32,000 bases of DNA from Erysipelotrichaceae bacterium (GTDB lineage Bacteria; Bacillota_I; Bacilli_A; Erysipelotrichales; Erysipelotrichaceae): assembly GCA_963663995.1 (NCBI GenBank), contig OY760660.1:900001-932000 (forward strand), given 5' to 3'. The notes under the pieces are model-generated. The model ran no database searches. It saw nothing but the letters and a program-made list of their open reading frames with translations, and was not told the origin of the DNA. A program made the position numbers and the translations under genes. This document shows positions 25,998-32,000 of this stretch, in pieces. How positions within the stretch are numbered: position 1 is the stretch's first letter; each line of letters opens with the position of its first letter.

Positions 25998-26585
25998 TTA
26001 ATAGAGTCCACCTAATAATGCAGTAATCAAATCATCATTATCATTTGCATTGATTTTCCAACCACCATCATCAGTCATATAGACATCAAATGTATTAACG
26101 TTTGACTTTGAAGTTTCATTGATCGCTTCATCTAAAAGTTCAACATACTTTTGATTCATCTCATCATCACTCATCTCTTCACCACTTGTCGTGTATTCAA
26201 TTCCAAAGGTCATCCATTTCGTCATCCAAGCACTCATGATTTCACCCAATGAATATGACGTAATCGTAAGTTCTATAGTGGCTTCATTACCGTTTGTTTC
26301 AACATCACCAATGGTATAATCAAAATCTTGCACAAGTCCTAAGATTTTTAGTGTAAATGCATCATCAGTTATATTGCTTGGTGCCATTGCTGATAAATCC
26401 AAGTAAAATGGCAAAGACATATCAAAGTATTCTTCATTATAGAGTGTACTTGCATCAATCGATTCAGCCGATTGTACGGATTGCAGATAAGATTCAAGTG
26501 TTGCTTCAGGTTGTGGACCAGAAGAACATGCAGACAACATAAACATCATATTAAACGCTAATAAACTTTTAATCCATTTCTTCAT
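25998..26585 (-). CDS. Acidic lipoprotein of unknown function (possibly NTF2-like/DUF4878-like)
   Basis: 195 aa. Signal peptide with lipobox MLSAC. The mature part has about 40 D/E against about 5 K and no R. GGAGG lies upstream of the ATG. Confidence 0.6.
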   Translation of the reverse strand: MKKWIKSLLAFNMMFMLSACSSGPQPEATLESYLQSVQSAESIDASTLYNEEYFDMSLPFYLDLSAMAPSNITDDAFTLKILGLVQDFDYTIGDVETNGNEATIELTITSYSLGEIMSAWMTKWMTFGIEYTTSGEEMSDDEMNQKYVELLDEAINETSKSNVNTFDVYMTDDGGWKINANDNDDLITALLGGLY

Positions 26586-26602
26586 ACTATTTACCTCCTT
26601 TC

Positions 26603-27382
26603 TTATTTATTGATTCTATTTAAAGTGTATTCCGTTTGCGTGATATAGGAATAGATCTTAATCGTGTCTAAATCGACAATTAAATACCGATAGCTTAAAT
26701 CCAAAAATTCACTATCTTCCATTAAAATTACGCCATAACTTGCATCTATCCCTGAATTGTCATCTCCATCCAATGTCGCTTGAAAGGATACACGATCAGG
26801 ATTAGCTGAATCAAAAGTTGGTATATTCGTAATCAAACTAGTGTTAAGAGCATATAGAGAAACATCATCATTGTGAAAGACATCAGACCCTAGAATTTGA
26901 GGCAAGAAGACATTTTGAATCAAAACATCATCTTTTATTGTCGAAGGATAGATATCAAAGAAAGCCTGAACATCATAAAACATCGAATAGTCATTTGAAA
27001 TATCAAAATCGATAACTAAACCCCGATCAGGAACAGGAATGGAAACAATCAATTGAATACCATCCAACATGATTTGAATATCATTTGTAAATGTATCAGA
27101 TAAATCTAATGATTGATTAAACTCAAACGATGCGTTTTCTAAGTCACCCAACTCATAGCTTTGCATACCTAAGATATAATGACATTCACTTTCTAAAGTG
27201 ATGATTTCAGGAAATACGTCAGCATCAATTTCATGATCACAAGAGCTAATATTCTCTGAGTCAATCATGCTTCGATAGGTATCAAAAGCACCTTGATCAT
27301 CATAATTTTCTGTTGAACAACTAGAAATAACTAAAGTTAAGCCTATCAACAAAAGCATTATGTTTAATTGTTTATATTTCAT
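26603..27382 (-). CDS. Acidic lipoprotein of unknown function
   Basis: The track ORF extends to 27436, but MKYKQLNIMLLLIGLTLVISSCSTEN (Met19, 27382) is a canonical lipoprotein signal with lipobox VISSC. The mature protein is extremely D/E-rich. I recognised no domain. Confidence 0.55.
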   Translation of the reverse strand: MKYKQLNIMLLLIGLTLVISSCSTENYDDQGAFDTYRSMIDSENISSCDHEIDADVFPEIITLESECHYILGMQSYELGDLENASFEFNQSLDLSDTFTNDIQIMLDGIQLIVSIPVPDRGLVIDFDISNDYSMFYDVQAFFDIYPSTIKDDVLIQNVFLPQILGSDVFHNDDVSLYALNTSLITNIPTFDSANPDRVSFQATLDGDDNSGIDASYGVILMEDSEFLDLSYRYLIVDLDTIKIYSYITQTEYTLNRINK

Positions 27383-27522
27383 ATTAAATACAAGCCCCCT
27401 TTTCTTTAAACTACACCTTTTAAAGCATTGAAACAACTTTGTTAAAAATCATGATTCTTTAATAATATTTTGAATATAAACTTACTTATAATTTGTTGAA
27501 ATAATGCTTTTAATTATGGGAT

Positions 27523-28140
27523 TTATAATTTTAAAAAGACTAAATTCTCGAAATGGGCATTAAATAATTGAACAATGACTCCCACAAATGGCATTAAAAA
27601 GATAAAACTAAATACAATAATTTCACTTTTATTAAGCACTTTATAATATCTGTGAATCAAATAAAACATATAGGCATAATTCAAACCCAGAATAATATTG
27701 CTGAAATAACTAAATTGACTAGCATGGAAAATACCAGTTTGTGTATCAACCACAAAATATAGTGGGGTAAAGAAATTAATGATCAATATAAACAAAGTGA
27801 TAAAACTAGTATATTGGTAAAACTTGCATTTAATAATACGTTGTCTATTTTTATGAATCTTTAAATCAACATAGGATAAAAATAGTCCAGCCATAACAGG
27901 CGCAAGTATAAACAAAATAAAGTTACTGATATATTCAATAAGATATAAATATAAGACTGTATTTCCATCAAAGACCCAAGATACAACTTCACTAATAATA
28001 CCAATACCTGCAATAAAGCTGGTATAACGTAAAATCTGTTTAGTAAAGGTTTCAATCTTTGAAGCTCGTATATACACATAAAAAATGGATAAAATGATTA
28101 GACTGTAAATAGAGACCTGAAATTGTAAAAGAATATTCAT
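27523..28140 (-). CDS. Polytopic membrane protein (about 6 TM), unknown function; possibly the orphaned membrane module of a sensor
   Basis: 205 aa, almost entirely hydrophobic helices, with no soluble domain. It ends abruptly (..FNAHFENLVFLKL) with 86 bp of non-coding DNA downstream. Confidence 0.45.
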   Translation of the reverse strand: MNILLQFQVSIYSLIILSIFYVYIRASKIETFTKQILRYTSFIAGIGIISEVVSWVFDGNTVLYLYLIEYISNFILFILAPVMAGLFLSYVDLKIHKNRQRIIKCKFYQYTSFITLFILIINFFTPLYFVVDTQTGIFHASQFSYFSNIILGLNYAYMFYLIHRYYKVLNKSEIIVFSFIFLMPFVGVIVQLFNAHFENLVFLKL

Positions 28141-28254
28141 AAAACTCCTTGTTAAAATAATCGTAAATTTATCCTTTTATACCAAAATATGATCATATCT
28201 TATGAAAGAGTAATTGAAGAATAGTTCTTAAAATTCTTATTTATGCAAAAAAGG

Positions 28255-28380
28255 ATTGACTACCAATTTTGGATTTCAATCCTGCAAAATTTTAGTACAT
28301 TAGTATCTGTTAAAAATATCTTCCAAGAACTTACTATCATTAAGAGTATGACTCATGTAAAACTGATATCCATTGAATAA
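28255..28380 (+). pseudogene. Decayed fragment of a second copy of the ACT-domain gene 3' end
   Basis: The frame ending at TAA 28378-28380 reads ..IDYQFWISILQNFSTLVSVKNIFQELTIIKSMTHVKLISIE*, against the intact gene's ..ITQNYPLQNHAYVVIMLDISDMLISVENLIQELSGIDNVTTVKLISIE*. About 15 of the last 28 residues are identical and the last 24 nt are identical. An in-frame stop lies upstream at 28222, and there is no start or N-terminal part. Confidence 0.55.
28357..28380 (+). repeat. 24-bp perfect direct repeat, copy 2
   Basis: GTAAAACTGATATCCATTGAATAA is identical to 25566-25589. Confidence 0.95.
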
Positions 28381-28399
28381 TAATGAATATCAGTTTTTT
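28360..28399 (+). terminator. Rho-independent terminator built partly from the ACT gene-end repeat (likely the ancestral terminator of the thr operon)
   Basis: AAACTGATAT (28360-28369) pairs perfectly with ATATCAGTTT (28387-28396) across a 17-nt loop, followed by TTT. The 5' arm lies inside the 24-bp repeat. Copy 1 of the repeat lacks the 3' arm. Confidence 0.55.
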
Positions 28400-28471
28400 G
28401 AGTGTTAATTAAAATACCAAAACAAATCGATACCTCTATTGATACTTATAAATCAGTATTTTAAGAAATTA

Positions 28472-29827
28472 TCATCGTATGATTGCCCAACACACCATTT
28501 GATCTTGAACAGTTAATGTATAGTCACTAGAGTTTTCTGTTGTGGTTATAGTAAATACATGCCACTTACAAGATGGTTGATATAAACTTTCACCCAGATT
28601 ATATTGATTATCTGTTTGATCATCTAAACTTGTATTTTCACTTAATGTAATTGTTCTAATTAATTCATCACCTTGATAAACAGTTACAGTGTCACCGAAA
28701 TTGAATGCAGCTTCTCCTGCAATTGCGGCAATATACTCGTATGTCATTGTGTATTGATTATAATCAGAAACAATTATTGTTTCAGTAAATGGCCGATTTT
28801 CTTCACTGATGCCTAACTCATCACCTTGATGTTCCACATTTAGATAGAGTGTATTTTCAGCATCGATATATACTTGATCACGATATACTCCAAAATCCAT
28901 ATCACCATTTGAAGCCCAAATAAAATGTGACGTAAAAACAGTTGATGTATTTGTTGATGTCACAGTAGGTGCGGGCGCAACATAAACCCTTTGTACAATT
29001 TCTACTCTGTATCCTGTTAAGCGTGAGCCAATAGATCCAGCTGTTTGACCATCATAGACATATCCCCACCACTCACCTTCTACTTGTGGTTGTATTTGTA
29101 CACTATATTGTGGCAAATCAATTAAACGAGCCTCTAACGCTTCTACGATCGAACCACTTGAACCTAAAACTGAACCATTTCTTGCCCAGCTAGTCCAACC
29201 AGTATTTCTTAGATAAGCTCTATATTCTATTGATCCACCATCTCCACTAATAAGATTCATCGATACGGTTTCTAAAGAACCTGTACCCTGTGTTTCTCCA
29301 TTATGTCTTAGTACTTGTGTTATACCACCAATACTTGATTGATAATTAACACCAATTTCATCGACTTGTACTCTAAATCCTGTTATCGGATATGCTACAT
29401 TTAATTGACCTGATGTAGACCCATTAGATTGCCAAGTTCCCCAACCTAAGCCTTTACGATAGGTTTGATAATACACATTCGCATGTTCAAAGTCTTTAAG
29501 CTGTATTTGTAGACCTAGTATCTCTTCATTATTATAACTAGCTCTTTGCCAAGTACTAAACCACTCAGACCAACCTGAAACTGTATACACGCGATACTCT
29601 ACACCTGATGCATACGGACTATCTACTAAATGAATCTCTAGACTATCTAAAGGGTCTCCCCCTTCAGTCCCTGCTAGAGCTCCACCATAGGCAAAGTCTG
29701 TCCATACTCCATCATTTTGCCCTTGATAACCAACATTCACTTTATAGTAGTCAGTGGCTAATACAGGCATTTGCATCATGAAAAAAGCACATGATGCGAC
29801 TATAATCTTTATTATCTTTTTAAGCAT
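28472..29827 (-). CDS. Secreted ChW-repeat protein, paralog 2 (signal peptide + six ChW-like repeats + unique ~165-aa C-terminal domain)
   Basis: 451 aa. GGGAGG RBS 8 nt upstream. The signal peptide ends MPVLA/TDYY. Residues 24-285 are collinear with paralogs 1 and 3 (e.g. IEYRAYLRNTGWTSWARNGSVLGSSGSIVEALEARLIDLP). The C-terminus (APAPTVTSTNTST...QMVCWAIIR) is unrelated to the others. Confidence 0.75.
   Translation of the reverse strand: MLKKIIKIIVASCAFFMMQMPVLATDYYKVNVGYQGQNDGVWTDFAYGGALAGTEGGDPLDSLEIHLVDSPYASGVEYRVYTVSGWSEWFSTWQRASYNNEEILGLQIQLKDFEHANVYYQTYRKGLGWGTWQSNGSTSGQLNVAYPITGFRVQVDEIGVNYQSSIGGITQVLRHNGETQGTGSLETVSMNLISGDGGSIEYRAYLRNTGWTSWARNGSVLGSSGSIVEALEARLIDLPQYSVQIQPQVEGEWWGYVYDGQTAGSIGSRLTGYRVEIVQRVYVAPAPTVTSTNTSTVFTSHFIWASNGDMDFGVYRDQVYIDAENTLYLNVEHQGDELGISEENRPFTETIIVSDYNQYTMTYEYIAAIAGEAAFNFGDTVTVYQGDELIRTITLSENTSLDDQTDNQYNLGESLYQPSCKWHVFTITTTENSSDYTLTVQDQMVCWAIIR
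28992..29772 (-). repeat. Dispersed direct repeat copy 2 (~780 bp; ChW-module coding DNA)
   Basis: Collinear with 19335-20117 and 31063-31845. By eye it is the most diverged of the three copies, but it keeps exact runs such as CCATCATAGACATATCCCCACCA. Confidence 0.8.
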
Positions 29828-29880
29828 TTCAAATGCCTCCCTTTTACTAACATCGTAATGAGATGGTATTCAAAATTAAA

Positions 29881-29906
29881 TAGCACGAAAGTGCTAAATT
29901 ATAACA
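29881..29906 (-). promoter_or_regulatory. Candidate extended -10 promoter TGTTATAAT plus adjacent 6-bp stem-loop upstream of ChW paralog 2
   Basis: The reverse complement of 29898-29906 is TGTTATAAT (a perfect TGnTATAAT). Immediately downstream, TAGCAC-TTTC-GTGCTA (29881-29896) would sit at or near the 5' end of the transcript. The same 9-mer occurs upstream of paralog 3. Confidence 0.35.
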
Positions 29907-30045
29907 AAAATGATTGTATTCGAACTAAAAAGTATATTATCAACAAATACACATGAAACAGCTGTGTTATTATTCAAAACATTAACAAGAGCACAATATC
30001 CAAAACATAATGTGCTAATTAAATATATAAAAAAATAATATTAAA

Positions 30046-30095
30046 ACAAAAAAAAGCAAAGAACTCAGTTTTAAATTAACAAGCTTTGCTTTTTA
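30046..30095 (-). terminator. Bidirectional-type hairpin terminator after ChW paralog 3
   Basis: AGCAAAG (30055-30061) pairs with CTTTGCT (30084-30090), flanked by an A-run on the left and a T-run on the right. The loop is 22 nt. It lies about 40 nt after the stop at 30132. Confidence 0.4.
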
Positions 30096-30131
30096 TAAAT
30101 AATTAATATTCTAAAATTTCTAATTGATATT

Positions 30132-31898
30132 TTAACTAACAGGAGGTGTATATTGTAATATTGCATTTGAAGTTAATGCATCATTTACATTAAAATAAGC
30201 TCCATTTAATATACCTTCAACAACATACCCATTTATATTTCTAGCATATGAATTATCACTTGATTCATAGTCATAGATAATTGCAGTATGTGTAGGACTT
30301 GTACTAGTGACAGTGAATGTGCCTTCAATATAAGTTCCTTGCAACACTACAAATTCTTCATTATTAACTTTTGAATCTAAACTTAAAGTACTATAAGTAC
30401 TTGCAGTTGAAATACCTGTTGCTAAATCAACAACAGTAGTTACAGTCAACCCAGTAAATGTATCACTTTCATCAAATGTTACATCTGCAACCATTTTCGA
30501 ATTAGGATAACCATATGAAGCAACTCCATAATTGTTAAAAACAACAGGAGAATATCTTAATACTCTTGAACCGGTTAATCCATCTACCCACCAATTAATT
30601 TCAACATATTTCCCTGGCACTAAAATACTGCCTAAATAAGCAACCGAACTTGTTGTGTCATTGTCATATAAAATTAATGTATGAGTTCCATTTTCATAAG
30701 GAGATTGAAAACGAGTACCTGTAACAGTAAAAATTGTTGAACTTGAATCATACGTACCTGAGTATACTTCAAATTGATCAGGATCCACCATATCATCGCC
30801 ATAATTATTAAAAGTATCTGGTACAGATATTGTATTTGCAGGTACATATGCAGATAAGTATGCAGTACCTAAAAATCTATCATCAATTGTAATGTTTTTA
30901 TACGCTGGATCATCATCAAAATCGTCATCAGCATCAACACTATTTCTAATATCATATCCAAAACCTGTTACATTAGGTGTTGCATTTAATACAACATCAC
31001 TTACTTGAGGCTCTTCTTCTACAACAACAGTTGGAATAGCAGTTGGCGCAACAAAAACTCGTTGTACAATTTCTACTCTATAAGCTGTTAAGCGTGAACC
31101 CATTGATCCAGCTGTTTGGCCATCATAGACATATCCCCACCATTCTCCTTCTACTTGAGGTTGAATTTGAACACTGTATTGTGGTAAGTCAATCAGTCTT
31201 GCCTCTAATGCTTCAATCACAGAACCACTTGATCCTAGATTTGTACCATTTCGTGCCCAATCAGTCCATCCCTCATTTCTGAGGTATGCTCTATATTCAA
31301 TAGACCCATTATCTGCACTGATTAAACTCATCGATACTGTTTCTAAAGAGCCTGTTCCTTGTGTTTCTCCATTATGTCGTAATACTTGTGTTACTCCACC
31401 CACATTTGATTGATAGTTAACACCAATCTCATCAACTTGTACTCTAAAGCCTGTAATTGGATAAACTGAGTTTAATTGTCCTGAAGTCGCTCCATTACTC
31501 ACCCAGATACCCCAACCTAAACCTTTTCGATAGGATTGATAATAAACATTCGCATTAGGAAAGTCTTTAAGTTGGATTTGTAAACCAAGAATAGCTTCTG
31601 AGTTATTTGTTGCTGTTTCCCAGGTATTAAACCATTTAGACCAACCTGATGTTGTATAAACTCTATACTCAATACCTGATTCATAAGGACTATCAACTAA
31701 ATGAATCTCTAATGAATCAAGAGCAGCTCCGCCTTCAGTACCAGCCAATGCTCCACCATAAGCAAAGTCGCCTAGAACTCCCGCATTACCTGCTTGATAG
31801 CCAACATTAACATTATAATAATCTGTTGCTTGTACAGGTACTAATGCAAATGCTAATAAAAAGAAAGCAATAAACATTTTAAATATTTTATTAATCAT
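30132..31898 (-). CDS. Secreted ChW-repeat protein, paralog 3 (signal peptide + six ChW-like repeats + acidic linker + ~290-aa C-terminal region with an internal duplication)
   Basis: 588 aa. AGGAGG RBS 7 nt upstream. The signal peptide ends VPVQA/TDYY. Residues 24-285 are collinear with the paralogs. These are followed by the linker VVVEEEPQVSD...DADDDFDDD and two related ~75-130-aa units (FNNYG...FEVYSGTY...RYSP / FNNYG...FVVLQGTY...LQYTP). Confidence 0.75.
   Translation of the reverse strand: MINKIFKMFIAFFLLAFALVPVQATDYYNVNVGYQAGNAGVLGDFAYGGALAGTEGGAALDSLEIHLVDSPYESGIEYRVYTTSGWSKWFNTWETATNNSEAILGLQIQLKDFPNANVYYQSYRKGLGWGIWVSNGATSGQLNSVYPITGFRVQVDEIGVNYQSNVGGVTQVLRHNGETQGTGSLETVSMSLISADNGSIEYRAYLRNEGWTDWARNGTNLGSSGSVIEALEARLIDLPQYSVQIQPQVEGEWWGYVYDGQTAGSMGSRLTAYRVEIVQRVFVAPTAIPTVVVEEEPQVSDVVLNATPNVTGFGYDIRNSVDADDDFDDDPAYKNITIDDRFLGTAYLSAYVPANTISVPDTFNNYGDDMVDPDQFEVYSGTYDSSSTIFTVTGTRFQSPYENGTHTLILYDNDTTSSVAYLGSILVPGKYVEINWWVDGLTGSRVLRYSPVVFNNYGVASYGYPNSKMVADVTFDESDTFTGLTVTTVVDLATGISTASTYSTLSLDSKVNNEEFVVLQGTYIEGTFTVTSTSPTHTAIIYDYESSDNSYARNINGYVVEGILNGAYFNVNDALTSNAILQYTPPVS
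31063..31845 (-). repeat. Dispersed direct repeat copy 3 (~780 bp; ChW-module coding DNA)
   Basis: See copy 1. Same orientation as copies 1 and 2. Confidence 0.85.
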
Positions 31899-31937
31899 TA
31901 TTCGTCCTCCTAAAAGACTAATCTATTTACATTAACT

Positions 31938-31946
31938 ATTATAACA
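31938..31946 (-). promoter_or_regulatory. Candidate extended -10 promoter TGTTATAAT upstream of ChW paralog 3
   Basis: The reverse complement of 31938-31946 is TGTTATAAT, about 40 nt upstream of the ATG. The 9-mer is identical to the one upstream of paralog 2. Confidence 0.35.
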
Positions 31947-32000
31947 ATTTATATAATCTATTTTGTATAGAATATTATATTTTTATATTTATATTTATAT

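Noticed and set aside
26357-26542. 61-aa plus-strand ORF inside the acidic lipoprotein gene
   Set aside because: It is an antisense shadow ORF without an RBS.
27383-27436. N-terminal extension of the second lipoprotein (MFQCFKRCSLKKRGLVFN)
   Set aside because: The internal Met19 gives a canonical lipoprotein signal peptide, whereas the extension would bury it. This remains uncertain because the RBS spacing for Met19 is long.
27861-28079. 72-aa minus-strand ORF in an alternative frame of the membrane protein gene
   Set aside because: It is fully nested in the longer 205-aa ORF on the same strand. The longer frame gives regular TM helices.
25590-28356. Calling the repeat-bounded islet an active mobile element
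   Set aside because: No integrase, recombinase, transposase, relaxase or phage gene lies inside it or adjacent to it. I report it only as a footprint of past insertion or rearrangement.
1-32000. Possibility that this very AT-rich sequence uses genetic code 4 (Mollicutes, TGA = Trp)
   Set aside because: The TRAP permease ends in a TGA that overlaps the next gene's ATG (ATGA), as does the DUF2304-like gene (5071-5074). All family-length ORFs close properly under the standard code.
31960-32000. TATATTT-type micro-repeats at the right edge, and the AT-rich intergenic regions, as a possible CRISPR array or structured repeat
   Set aside because: They are only short low-complexity AT repeats. No regularly spaced 25-40-bp direct repeats occur anywhere in the window, and there are no cas genes.

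Overview
This is 32 kb of a very AT-rich (by eye roughly 30% GC), densely coding, Bacillota-type chromosome. It reads with the standard bacterial code: TGA is used as a stop, so it is not a code-4 Mollicute. I cannot assign a species from the sequence alone. All functional calls are motif-level readings of the translated ORFs, not database searches. Layout, left to right: (1) A TAXI-type TRAP transporter at 1-2136, made of a fused 4TM/12TM permease and the 5' part of its lipoprotein receptor. (2) A ~14.5 kb cell-envelope glycan locus at 2314-16781. It holds a GacI/GacJ/GacL-like lipid-linked side-chain glycosylation module, four further glycosyltransferases, manC-gmd (supply of GDP-4-keto-6-deoxymannose) and one DegT-family sugar aminotransferase. 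Unusually, it also holds three ATP-grasp amidoligase domains, one fused to an extended SDR and two as a tandem pair on the opposite strand. (3) An orphan ANL-family adenylating enzyme. (4) Three paralogous secreted proteins (18779-20188, 28472-29827, 30132-31898). They share a ~260-aa N-terminal module of six ChW-like repeats, encoded by ~780 bp of highly similar DNA in direct orientation, but have unrelated C-terminal domains. (5) A threonine-pathway cluster (aspartate kinase-hom, divergent from thrC-thrB-ACT protein) lying between the paralogs. (6) A 2.8 kb islet (YjbR-like protein, two very acidic lipoproteins, a polytopic membrane protein). It is bounded by a perfect 24-bp direct repeat of the 3' end of the ACT gene plus a decayed copy of that gene end. 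I recognised no rRNA, tRNA, CRISPR array, transposase or integrase. The two items most worth follow-up are the ATP-grasp-rich amino-sugar pathway and the ChW-anchored, variable-C-terminus protein family beside it.
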